Positions 38,715 to 47,539 of a DNA stretch of 64,000 nucleotides are shown in pieces. Below the pieces are notes generated by a model. That model was not told the DNA's origin, made no database searches, and worked only from the letters and a program-made list of their open reading frames with translations. The first letter of the stretch is position 1. The number at the start of each line of letters is the position of its first letter. The position numbers and the translations under genes were made by a program. Source of the DNA: Candidatus Fermentibacteraceae bacterium (lineage in GTDB: Bacteria > Fermentibacterota > Fermentibacteria > Fermentibacterales > JCC-6); contig JADGDO010000002.1 in assembly GCA_016744855.1 (NCBI GenBank), positions 96,374-160,373 on the forward strand, written 5' to 3'.

Positions 38715-39590
38715 ATGAAGACATATGTCGATTGTTACTCATGCTTCCTCAAACAGGCATTAAGCGCTACCAGACGAGCAGGTGGGACGGAAGAGCAGCA
38801 GCTCTCTGTTCTTAGAAGAACCATGGAAATCTTAGCAAAACTGGATCAAGGAGCCATTCCTCCGGAGATCGCAAGATTGATACATCACGCGGTGAGAGAA
38901 GAAATCTCCTGCCCTGATCCATACCGCGAAGCAAAACAGGCAAGTACCAGGGAGGCGCTCAATATTCTGCCGGAACTGCGTCAACTTATAGACAACTCTG
39001 AAAATCCTTTAGATACAGCAATAAGATTGGCTATAGCAGGTAACATCATGGATTTCGGGGTAATGGAAGATTTTGGCAATCTTCATGATACGATTGACAG
39101 AGTTCTGAGCCAACCCTTCGCCATAGATCACACAGAGGAATTGAAGGAACTGCTTAACAGCTCGGACCACGTTCTTTTCCTTGCAGACAACACGGGAGAA
39201 ACGGTATTTGACCGGGCACTGATTGAAAAAATACAAATCCCAGTTATCTACGGTGTGAAAGGTTCACCGGTTCTGAATGACGCCACAAAGCAGGATGCAA
39301 TGGAAGCCGGGCTTCAGGAGGTCGCTACAATTCTATCTAACGGGAGTGATGTTCCGGGAACTCTGCTCGAACTCTGCTCTGAGGATTTCAGAAATGCCTT
39401 TGAACAAGCACCGGTAGTAATTGCAAAGGGTCAGGGCAACTATGAATCTCTGAGTAATGCTGGTAGCAAAGTTTTCTGTCTGCTGCAGATCAAATGCCCT
39501 GTGATCGGAGAAGATATTGGAGCAGAAAAAGGCAGTATCGTCTGCCGTCGCTCATCAGTACCGGGAGAAGTGATCATAACCCCCGACTGA
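38715..39590 (+). CDS. ARMT1/DUF89 damage-control phosphatase
   Basis: Start ATG 38715 (MKTYVDCYSC); DPY, GNIMD, DNTGE, LNDAT, KGQGNYE, KC. Confidence 0.9.
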   Translation: MKTYVDCYSCFLKQALSATRRAGGTEEQQLSVLRRTMEILAKLDQGAIPPEIARLIHHAVREEISCPDPYREAKQASTREALNILPELRQLIDNSENPLDTAIRLAIAGNIMDFGVMEDFGNLHDTIDRVLSQPFAIDHTEELKELLNSSDHVLFLADNTGETVFDRALIEKIQIPVIYGVKGSPVLNDATKQDAMEAGLQEVATILSNGSDVPGTLLELCSEDFRNAFEQAPVVIAKGQGNYESLSNAGSKVFCLLQIKCPVIGEDIGAEKGSIVCRRSSVPGEVIITPD

Positions 39591-40478
39591 AATGCTTAAC
39601 TCGTGTCCACTATCTGTAACTACTACCCCTCGTCCTTCTGTAGCAGAACCTACCCTGAAAAAACCCTCACCGGGCAGGGGAGCCGAATCGGGAAGGGAAA
39701 AGAGTAGTTCAAAATCCTCACCTGCAGTAGCCCCTCCACGTGGATTGAGTGAAGTATAGGGTACCATAGGAACTTTTTCCAGCTCGAGGTGGATTTTCAC
39801 ACCGCTTTCACAAGCAAGGTGGTGGCATTCTGAAAAGAGTCCGTCGGAAACATCAATAGCAGCTTGCACCCCACATTTTCTAAGAATCAAGAGGGTGTCA
39901 AATCTGGCTTCGGGAGTAAGAAATAGCTTTATCTGCTGTTTTTCAAGAATGGTGAGCTTTTGAGTTCTGCTCTTCTCCAGAAGTTCTGGTGAATCAAATG
40001 ACCTGCCGAGTGGACCGGTCACCCAGATAGAATCCCCCGCTTTAACAGAGCTTCGGAGGAGTGGTTTGTTTTCACCACACTCACCGATAGCTGTAAGTGT
40101 TACTCCAAAAACTGACCCTCTTATGGTCTCTCCACCCACAACAGGGCAATCCGCCCTTGATGTAAGACCATCATAGAAATCAAGTAGCCATTCAACTTCA
40201 ATGTCCGGGGGAAGCATAACAGAAGAAAGCACTGAAACAGGTTCTCCCCCCATAGCGGCAATATCAGACAAAGTGGCTTCAAGTAAACGTTTTGCCAGCT
40301 TGGCTGGAGAGGTCCACCACCTATAGAAGTGTGTTCCCTCAAAAAACGAATCAGAAGTAACTACAGGTGTTTTTAGTGAAGAGAGAACTGCAGCATCGTC
40401 ACCTGCAGAAGCCATAGGGAATTTTTCTCTCAGTGCTCTTATAAATCCGTGTTCCCCGATATCGCTCAAATACGTCAT
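39555..40478 (-). CDS. thiL: Thiamine-monophosphate kinase
   Basis: GEHGFI, GDDAA, EGTHF, SDIAAMGG, DVSDGL, GEDFEL. Confidence 0.92.
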   Translation of the reverse strand: MTYLSDIGEHGFIRALREKFPMASAGDDAAVLSSLKTPVVTSDSFFEGTHFYRWWTSPAKLAKRLLEATLSDIAAMGGEPVSVLSSVMLPPDIEVEWLLDFYDGLTSRADCPVVGGETIRGSVFGVTLTAIGECGENKPLLRSSVKAGDSIWVTGPLGRSFDSPELLEKSRTQKLTILEKQQIKLFLTPEARFDTLLILRKCGVQAAIDVSDGLFSECHHLACESGVKIHLELEKVPMVPYTSLNPRGGATAGEDFELLFSLPDSAPLPGEGFFRVGSATEGRGVVVTDSGHELSISVGGYDHFSRY

Positions 40479-41329
40479 CGGTTAAGTATGACCTCCAGTT
40501 GAGAGAGTTTCACTGCAGGAGATGCATCAGGCGAAGTCATAACGCCCATTGAAGAGTTACAGGAGCAGGAGAATTTCTCATCTCCTCTGAGAAGAAGAAG
40601 CGCTTCGCTTAATACTTTTCCAGCCATAAGAACATTGTCTTTAACAACAGCCATGACCATTTCAACAGTTACATCTTCTTCTGACTGATGCCAGCAGTCG
40701 TAATCTGTGCTCATGGCTAGAGTTCCATAACACATTCCAGCTTCTCTAGCGAGTTTTGCTTCGGGCAATGTAGTCATTCCAATGATATCCCAGCCCTGGG
40801 CTCTATAAAACTCACTCTCGGCACGGGAGCTGAAAGCGGGACCTTCCATAACAACCATTGTTCCACCATCATGTACAACAGCTCCGGCTTTTCGAACTGC
40901 TTTAACTAGAAGTGCCCGAAGGTCAGAACAATAGGGATCACCGAATGGAGCATGACCGACAACACCCCCTCCAAAGAAAGAAGACAATCGAATTCCCTTT
41001 GTTCTATCAAAAAGTTGATCCGGAACAACAAAATGCCGAGGTTCAATCTCAGAACGGAGACTGCCGACAGCATTGAAACTGATGAGAGTATCCACTCCCA
41101 CGCTTTTGAGTGCATAGATGTTTGCAGCATAGGGGACTTCAGAGGGTGTATAGATGTGTCCTTTACCATGTCTGGGAATGAATGCAAGTTCCAGACCGTG
41201 AAGATTTCCAAATGTAACCTCTGCAGAAGGGTTACCGAAAGGGGTTTCGATTGTTTCACTCCGGTCGATTTCCACACCGGGAATGGAGTACACTCCACTG
41301 CCCCCAATAATGCCGACGATATGAGCCAT
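40475..41329 (-). CDS. mtnP: S-methyl-5'-thioadenosine phosphorylase
   Basis: GIIGGSG, TPFG, RHG, AVGSL, EGPAFS, GMT, TDYDCW. Confidence 0.94.
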   Translation of the reverse strand: MAHIVGIIGGSGVYSIPGVEIDRSETIETPFGNPSAEVTFGNLHGLELAFIPRHGKGHIYTPSEVPYAANIYALKSVGVDTLISFNAVGSLRSEIEPRHFVVPDQLFDRTKGIRLSSFFGGGVVGHAPFGDPYCSDLRALLVKAVRKAGAVVHDGGTMVVMEGPAFSSRAESEFYRAQGWDIIGMTTLPEAKLAREAGMCYGTLAMSTDYDCWHQSEEDVTVEMVMAVVKDNVLMAGKVLSEALLLLRGDEKFSCSCNSSMGVMTSPDASPAVKLSQLEVILNR

Positions 41330-41409
41330 AGGTATTCCTTTCTGTTTTCAATTAGATGTCAATCATACACGGGAAATAGAATGCAGAAAAGAAGAGAGAA
41401 AGTGGGGGG

Positions 41410-41460
41410 TTGAGTTTGTGAATTTTTTAACTTATACTCTTATTGTGATATTTGTAACTA
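41410..41460 (+). promoter_or_regulatory. Promoter of FadL-like gene with two Rex-like sites
   Basis: TTGAGT-17 nt-TATACT; TTGTGAA-TTTT-TTAACTT in the spacer and TTGTGAT-ATTT-GTAACTA 27 bp downstream. Confidence 0.5.
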
Positions 41461-41491
41461 TCGGTGCTTTCTAACCAGTAAGGAAGGGAAA

Positions 41492-42784
41492 ATGAGAAAA
41501 AGCATGAATTTCGCAGCAATGGTAATGATCTGTGTTTTGTTCACAGGTTCTGCATTGGCCACAAATGGCATGAACATGATTGGGTACGGTGTTCGTTCGT
41601 CCGGAATGGGTGGAGCGGATGTTGCAGTAGATGGTAGTTTCGCAGGTGTTGCAGGTAACCCGGCAACAATGGGCAAACTCGCTGATCAGGGATTGGCAGT
41701 AGGAGTTTCTCTGCTCATGCCAAAGCTTAATGTCTCCAATGAGTCGATGGGAATGGGCCTCGACATTGATGGCGAAGCTCAGCTCTTCCCTCTTCCTTCA
41801 CTGGCCTATACCAGTAGACTTGGAGCTGATTCACCATGGGTTCTTGGCCTTGAAGCATATGCGCAGGGTGGAATGGGTGTAGAGTTTCTAAACTTCCCCA
41901 CCAGTGCTACCACTTCTGATAAAATTTCATCAAATGTAATGTTCATGAGACTCACCGGTGCCGCAAGTTACGAGGTTAACGACGCACTAACACTCGGTCT
42001 TGCAGCAATTGGAGGGTACGCAAAAATGGAATTCTCCATGTTCCCTGGCAGTCAGGGAGGTATGGATGTTACAGATCTTACAGATATGTCGATTGCAGGC
42101 CGCCTGGGTCTTCAGTACAAGATTTGTCCAGCACTCAGTCTGGGTATGGTTTACACATCTGAAACAGCTCTTGACCTTGCAGGCGGCAACGCTGCTGTAA
42201 ACTTCGGTTCAGAGATGGGTGGAGTAGTTGACTATGAAGCCGAAATGATGAATTTCGCCTGGCCTCAGGAAGCAGAATTCGGTATTGCCCTTCAGCCCGA
42301 TGCCAACTGGCTCTTTGCAGTAGATGCCAAGTGGATAAACTGGGAATCTTCAATGGACGTAGTAACGCTCGAAGTAAGCAACCCGCCGGACGGAATGCCT
42401 GAAACACCATTCCCCGATGGACAGGGAGGCTACACCAATGCCATGCCTTTCCAGATGAAGTGGGAGAATCAGATGGTTTATGCTCTGGGTATAGAGTATT
42501 CAGTTAATGAAATGAATACTGTCAGAGCTGGGTTCAATTATGGCAAGAACCCTGTTCCCGATGAAAACCTCTCCCCTCTTTTTCCTGCTATTGTGGAAAC
42601 GCATGCCACTGTCGGTTATGGTCTTCATCTGAACAATCTTTCTTTCGATCTGGCATATGAGCACGGCTTTGAAAACAGCCAGACAAATGAGAATGTTAAC
42701 CAGATGATTAACCCGTTCGGTCCCGGAATTACAGTAAGCCACTCTCAGAATACAATACATTTCGAGACAGCCTACTCTTTCTAA
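41492..42784 (+). CDS. FadL/TodX-family outer-membrane transporter
   Basis: Signal peptide; GMGGA...NPA hatch motif; C-terminal YSF. Confidence 0.88.
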   Translation: MRKSMNFAAMVMICVLFTGSALATNGMNMIGYGVRSSGMGGADVAVDGSFAGVAGNPATMGKLADQGLAVGVSLLMPKLNVSNESMGMGLDIDGEAQLFPLPSLAYTSRLGADSPWVLGLEAYAQGGMGVEFLNFPTSATTSDKISSNVMFMRLTGAASYEVNDALTLGLAAIGGYAKMEFSMFPGSQGGMDVTDLTDMSIAGRLGLQYKICPALSLGMVYTSETALDLAGGNAAVNFGSEMGGVVDYEAEMMNFAWPQEAEFGIALQPDANWLFAVDAKWINWESSMDVVTLEVSNPPDGMPETPFPDGQGGYTNAMPFQMKWENQMVYALGIEYSVNEMNTVRAGFNYGKNPVPDENLSPLFPAIVETHATVGYGLHLNNLSFDLAYEHGFENSQTNENVNQMINPFGPGITVSHSQNTIHFETAYSF

Positions 42785-42803
42785 ATTCCTCTGTTCTGAC
42801 ATC

Positions 42804-42839
42804 AGCCGCCCCGGGACCAAGTGCCCGGGGCGGCTTTTT
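42804..42839 (+). terminator. Intrinsic terminator after FadL-like gene
   Basis: AGCCGCCCCGGG...CCCGGGGCGGCT followed by Ts. Confidence 0.88.
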
Positions 42840-42856
42840 GCATTATCTTCGCCCTA

Positions 42857-43933
42857 ATGCAACAACCTGAAAGGAAAAAAGTGAAGGTACAACTTCTTGG
42901 TCTGAATTTTGATGAACTACAGAACTGGCTCGTGGAAGATCTGAAACAGAAACCCTTCAGGGCAAAACAGTTATTCACATGGCTTCACTTTCGAAGAGTA
43001 TCATCCTTTGAGGAGATGACAGATCTTTCTCTGAAATTCCGCAACATTCTCAAGTCTGAAGCCGAAATTACTGTTCCAGAACAGACTGAGAGGGTTGAAT
43101 CTGATGAAGGAACAGTAAAATACCTGCTCAAACTCCCTGGAGGACCAGCAGAATCCGTCATGATTCCAGACCCACCCAGGTTTACAGCCTGCCTCTCGAC
43201 TCAGTACGGCTGCAGAATGGGATGCAAGTTCTGCATGACTGGCAGCGCAGGCTTCCACGGAAACATGTCAGCTGCTGAGATTGTAGCACAGCTTTACACG
43301 ATGGCAGGCCATTCTCCAGCCAGGATAAGTAATGTTGTTTTCATGGGAATGGGAGAACCGATGGACAACTGGGATGCTGTCGGGTCAGCCCTTGAAATCA
43401 TTAGCGATGACAGAGGCATCTGTATCGGTCAGAGGAAAATAACTGTCTCCACAGTAGGAATCCCAGGTGGTATAAGGAAACTGGTTGACATGGAAAAACA
43501 GTATGGCCTTGCAGTTTCACTGCACAGCGCTGTCAGAGAAACAAGAGAAGAGATTATTCCTGCAGCAAGAGCAATGAGTCTAGAACAACTGAAACATGAT
43601 ATTCTGGAATACACCGGAACGACAGGAAGAAGAGTCACCCTTGAGTACTGCCTTATTCGAGGGGTAAATGATTCAATTGAGGAAGCACATGAATTAGCAG
43701 AATATGCCAAAGACATCCCATGTAAAATTAATCTTCTAGTCTACAATCCGGTTCCCGGACTGGATTGGAAACGTCCCTCTGAGGAAGTCCTCAAGAGATT
43801 CACAGAGTATTTGTACCCAAGATCTTCTGCGGTAACTCTTCGCCGTTCGCGGGGAGGCAAAGTTGCCGGAGCCTGTGGGCAACTTGGTGCTTCTGTGCTG
43901 CTGGAAAAAGAAAAAGGGCCCGGTTGTCAATAG
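42857..43933 (+). CDS. rlmN: 23S rRNA m2A2503 methyltransferase
   Basis: CRMGCKFC, MGMGEP, STVG, SLH, EY, GACGQL; probable start ATG 42857. Confidence 0.94.
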   Translation: MQQPERKKVKVQLLGLNFDELQNWLVEDLKQKPFRAKQLFTWLHFRRVSSFEEMTDLSLKFRNILKSEAEITVPEQTERVESDEGTVKYLLKLPGGPAESVMIPDPPRFTACLSTQYGCRMGCKFCMTGSAGFHGNMSAAEIVAQLYTMAGHSPARISNVVFMGMGEPMDNWDAVGSALEIISDDRGICIGQRKITVSTVGIPGGIRKLVDMEKQYGLAVSLHSAVRETREEIIPAARAMSLEQLKHDILEYTGTTGRRVTLEYCLIRGVNDSIEEAHELAEYAKDIPCKINLLVYNPVPGLDWKRPSEEVLKRFTEYLYPRSSAVTLRRSRGGKVAGACGQLGASVLLEKEKGPGCQ

Positions 43934-43955
43934 ACAAACCGGACCCCTCTTTTTT
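43911..43955. terminator. Probable bidirectional terminator between convergent genes
   Basis: GGGCCCGGTTGTC...GACAAACCGGACCC flanked by A and T runs. Confidence 0.6.
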
Positions 43956-43964
43956 CCGCAAATT

Positions 43965-44549
43965 CTAAAAAATCAAACTTCCCTGAATTCTAACACCAGA
44001 GAGATCTTTCTCTGATTCTCCGGCAAGTTCTCCCCCGATGGGAACCCAATCCCCACCAAGAGTAATATCGAAGAATGTATTCTCATTTATCTTCACACGA
44101 GCGCCTGCTTCTACACCGATCATCGCTCCGCCTGTGCTTCTAGAATCAGTATCTTCTGTAGTCTCTGCAACGGAATCCCAAACTACGATTCCACCGGCAC
44201 TAACTCCAAGAAAAGGCTCGAGCCCACGGGCTCCTGCATAAGGTCTGTAAAACGGGTAGTTTCTGTAACCAAGGCTAAGCATTACAGAAGTGATTCCATC
44301 ATAATGTTCTCTGTCAGAGCCACACATACCGCCACCGATTGCGAGTCTGAACTGATCACCCTGAGCCATTGGAGTCTCTGCTCCCACCTGAAATAGGGAA
44401 CCTACAGAAAGCTGATTATTATCATTGAGAAGACCAGGCATCCACACGCCTGCACCAACGAAAAAATCCATGCTATCACGCGGAGGGTCAACCTCCTGGG
44501 CAACAGAAACCGCCGATATAATCAGTAAAAGGATGAATACCTTGTTCAT
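43965..44549 (-). CDS. Outer-membrane beta-barrel protein
   Basis: Signal peptide, amphipathic strands, C-terminal Phe. Confidence 0.65.
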   Translation of the reverse strand: MNKVFILLLIISAVSVAQEVDPPRDSMDFFVGAGVWMPGLLNDNNQLSVGSLFQVGAETPMAQGDQFRLAIGGGMCGSDREHYDGITSVMLSLGYRNYPFYRPYAGARGLEPFLGVSAGGIVVWDSVAETTEDTDSRSTGGAMIGVEAGARVKINENTFFDITLGGDWVPIGGELAGESEKDLSGVRIQGSLIF

Positions 44550-44559
44550 ACCATCTCCC

Positions 44560-45087
44560 TCAATTTTCTATTCCCAGCCTGGCTGAGAGTTTTTCTGTAT
44601 CATAATAGTGCTTTACAGGCACCATCTCTGTAACAAGATCAGCTGCCTTTATTATAGCATCTGACGCATACCTTCCGGTAAACACCACTTCAATGTTATC
44701 CGGTCTTACCGAAGCAAGTTCCAGAAGTTGTCCTTCTCGAAGCAACCCCAGATAGGCAGACACGCAAATTTCATCTGCAATAACCACATCATAATTGCCA
44801 CTGTTTATGGCTGTACGCACCGTATCGATTCCATCATTGGCCAGCTTAATATCTGCCAATGAGGGTTTTTCTCCAGGAAGAATGAAATCTGGTGTACCGA
44901 ACTGTATCATTGTTATTTCCGGAAATCTATCAGAAAGGCACAATTCCGAATAGTCCTGACCTTTCATAAACTGACCAATGAATACCTTCATACCCGAGCA
45001 TGCAGCCCGTACAGCAAGTCCCAGAGAAGCTGTTGTTTTGCCTTTTCCATTCCCTGTGTATACCTGTAGTCTACCAACTCTGTTCAT
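44560..45087 (-). CDS. cobO: Cob(I)alamin adenosyltransferase
   Basis: YTGNGKGKTT, QFMKG, DE, TGR, ADLVTEM; start ATG 45087. Confidence 0.92.
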   Translation of the reverse strand: MNRVGRLQVYTGNGKGKTTASLGLAVRAACSGMKVFIGQFMKGQDYSELCLSDRFPEITMIQFGTPDFILPGEKPSLADIKLANDGIDTVRTAINSGNYDVVIADEICVSAYLGLLREGQLLELASVRPDNIEVVFTGRYASDAIIKAADLVTEMVPVKHYYDTEKLSARLGIEN

Positions 45088-45232
45088 CGTGGTTCTTCCC
45101 CCTTTCACTCTCTTGGTAAGTATAAGCAAGAAGACGTTGTATAGCTAATATCTGTATTGTTTAATCAACAATACTGGATTAAATTATTTCTGAGTGAGTC
45201 TTTCGGCGAAAGTCCTATTTCAGACCATCCTC

Positions 45233-46228
45233 CTAGTTGCTGAAACGTTCAAGCTGTTCGAGGAGATAGCTGTTTTCAGGATCCAGCTGAAGAGCAGTTT
45301 GAGCTTGTTCAATTGCACCATCTCTGTCTCCGCTTCTGAAAAGACACTCTGCAAGGGTATCGCGGATGTTGGAATCTTCCGGTGCAAGCTGCACGGCATC
45401 CTGTGCCATTGCGGTTGCCTTCTCAAGCAAAATGCCCCTAATAGCCAGTTCCCAGGCCCCAAGATTCAGCAGCTGAGGGTTATCACTTCCCTCGGTGGCC
45501 AATCGCTCAAGAAGATAAATCATTCTTGCCTCAGATACCGGGCTTTCATCAACCTCGGAAGCATAAATGGATAGACAATTGAAAAGCTCCCAGGTATAGA
45601 GGTGGTCTCCAAGAACTGAAAGCGGGTCGGGATTATCGTTAACAGCAATTTCCACAAACCTGTCTGTTGCTCCATCGTGGCCGGAATTTGCACGAACAAC
45701 AAGTATTCCGGCTGATTGCCTTCCTCTCGAATCGCCACCAGCTTCCTCTCCGGCAACAAGAGCGGCATACAGTCTTTCGGCAAGAGGTGCTCCTGAAGTT
45801 TCGAGGAAAGCTCTCTCCATTTCTTCAACAACCTCAGGGCCTGTCAGAATATTACCCTGGATGGTATAGCCTTCCCCCTGGATGCTTCCGGCCCACTCCA
45901 TACACATCTCGCCTGTGAATGAAGCAGTATTACCGTAACTGTCTACAATACCCAGCTGTCTTTGCTCTCTTAAAGAATCCGAGAGGGTCAATAATAGAAT
46001 GGTAGAATCAGCTGGCACCCCTTCTCTAAGGAGAGGTAACCCTTCAGTGGCATAGTAATGATTGGTCCAAGATTGCGTTGCAATTGCACCGGCATCAACC
46101 TCGGCCCAGGCAACAGAGTGATAGGCAAAGGGTACGCAGGAAGAAACAGCGACTCCCCATTCACCCGCATCAGAATCATATGCTGCAATCGAGAAGGTGG
46201 AAAGAATGGAAGCGAGTAAAAGAATCAT
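45233..46228 (-). CDS. DUF1028 (Ntn-hydrolase-like) protein with C-terminal TPR
   Basis: TFSIAAYD, GAIATQ, QGNIL, GGDSRGRQSA; TPR at the C-terminus. Confidence 0.85.
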   Translation of the reverse strand: MILLLASILSTFSIAAYDSDAGEWGVAVSSCVPFAYHSVAWAEVDAGAIATQSWTNHYYATEGLPLLREGVPADSTILLLTLSDSLREQRQLGIVDSYGNTASFTGEMCMEWAGSIQGEGYTIQGNILTGPEVVEEMERAFLETSGAPLAERLYAALVAGEEAGGDSRGRQSAGILVVRANSGHDGATDRFVEIAVNDNPDPLSVLGDHLYTWELFNCLSIYASEVDESPVSEARMIYLLERLATEGSDNPQLLNLGAWELAIRGILLEKATAMAQDAVQLAPEDSNIRDTLAECLFRSGDRDGAIEQAQTALQLDPENSYLLEQLERFSN

Positions 46229-46311
46229 TGGCTACCTCCACAGGTTAAGATTAAAGATAAAGACTCTCTAAATATGAACAATTTCCCGAGAAGTAAGAAA
46301 GAGCGGCACGC

Positions 46312-46359
46312 TATGTTGACTTTGTCAACTTCATTGCGTATGTTGACCATGTCAACATA
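46312..46359 (+). promoter_or_regulatory. Promoter overlapped by two palindromic operators
   Basis: GTTGAC-TTT-GTCAAC and TATGTTGAC-CAT-GTCAACATA cover TTGACT-17 nt-TATGTT. Confidence 0.75.
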
Positions 46360-46384
46360 AAAGCTGCGAGAGTGAGGAGCAAAA

Positions 46385-47494
46385 ATGAAGAATCTTGATA
46401 TGCCGAAACTCAAAATTGGATCCCTGTCATCCAGGCTGCCGATAATACAGGGGGGGATGGGCGTCGGCGTTTCGCTGTCAAAACTGGCCTCTGCTGTAGC
46501 AGATGAGGGTGGTGTAGGTGTTATCTCAACAGCCGCTATAGGGCGAATTGCACCGGACTCCAATCTTCCCGACTCTGAAGTTCTCAGGGGTGTTATAAGA
46601 AAAACAAGGAAGCTGACAAAAGGAATTTTCGGAGTAAACATTATGATGGCAATCTCCGATTTCAACGATCATTTGAGAGTTGCAATTGAAGAAAATGTCT
46701 CAGTAATTTTTATCGGCGCCGGTCTTCCTCTCCGAATACCTGAAATAATCTCAGTGGACCGCGCAAGATCATGCGTGACAAATCTGGTGCCGAAAATATC
46801 TTCTTCCCGGGCCGCTAGGGCCATTTGTCAATTCTGGGACAGACATTACAACATTATTCCGGACGCTATTGTTCTTGAGGGGCCGCGTGCAGGAGGGCAT
46901 CTCGGCTTCTCTGAAGAGAATATCAACAACCCGGACTTCAGCCTTGAAGCACTACTGCCTGAGGTAATAGCGACAGTTTCACGGTACGAGCAGAAGTATG
47001 GAAGAAGTATTCCTGTTATTGCTGCAGGTGGTGTCTACAGTGGAGAGGATATTCACAAGTTTCTCTCTCTTGGAGCGAGAGGAGTAAAAATGGGTACCAG
47101 ATTCGTTGCAACAAAAGAGTGCGATGTTCATTCAAACTTCAAAAAGGCATACGTAGATTGCACCAAGAATGATCTTGTTATCATTAAAAGCCCAGTGGGC
47201 CTTCCAGGCAGAGCTATAAGAAGTAAACTGTTAACTGAAGTCGCATCAGGAATAAAAAAGCCGTTGAACTGCATCTGGAAATGCCTTAAATCATGTGATC
47301 TGCAAAGTGCTCCATACTGTATAGCAGCTGCATTAAGTAACGCGAGAAGAGGAGACCTCCGCAACGGATTTGCCTTTGCAGGCGCGAATGCATTCAGAAT
47401 CAATAAAATTTTATCTGTCAAAGAACTGATGAAATCTCTTACTGTTGAATTCAGAATGGCAGTTACCAATGCGGAAAAAAATGCAGATATATGA
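46385..47494 (+). CDS. Nitronate monooxygenase / FabK-like flavoprotein
   Basis: PIIQGGMG, EGPRAGGH, IAAGG, MGTRF, SPVGLPGR, C-terminal Cys cluster. Confidence 0.88.
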   Translation: MKNLDMPKLKIGSLSSRLPIIQGGMGVGVSLSKLASAVADEGGVGVISTAAIGRIAPDSNLPDSEVLRGVIRKTRKLTKGIFGVNIMMAISDFNDHLRVAIEENVSVIFIGAGLPLRIPEIISVDRARSCVTNLVPKISSSRAARAICQFWDRHYNIIPDAIVLEGPRAGGHLGFSEENINNPDFSLEALLPEVIATVSRYEQKYGRSIPVIAAGGVYSGEDIHKFLSLGARGVKMGTRFVATKECDVHSNFKKAYVDCTKNDLVIIKSPVGLPGRAIRSKLLTEVASGIKKPLNCIWKCLKSCDLQSAPYCIAAALSNARRGDLRNGFAFAGANAFRINKILSVKELMKSLTVEFRMAVTNAEKNADI

Positions 47495-47495
47495 A

Positions 47496-47521
47496 AGAGG
47501 GGCGGGAAATCCCGCCCCTCT
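47496..47521. terminator. Terminator hairpin between convergent genes
   Basis: AGAGGGGCGGGA/TCCCGCCCCTCT inverted repeat. Confidence 0.8.
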
Positions 47522-47539
47522 CACTATACTTAGCTAAAT

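Noticed and set aside
39555-40478. ThiL-fold gene as possible selenophosphate synthetase SelD
   Set aside because: It has ThiL motifs (GE..FI, GDDAA, EGTHF) and lacks the N-terminal Cys/Sec-x-x-Lys of SelD.
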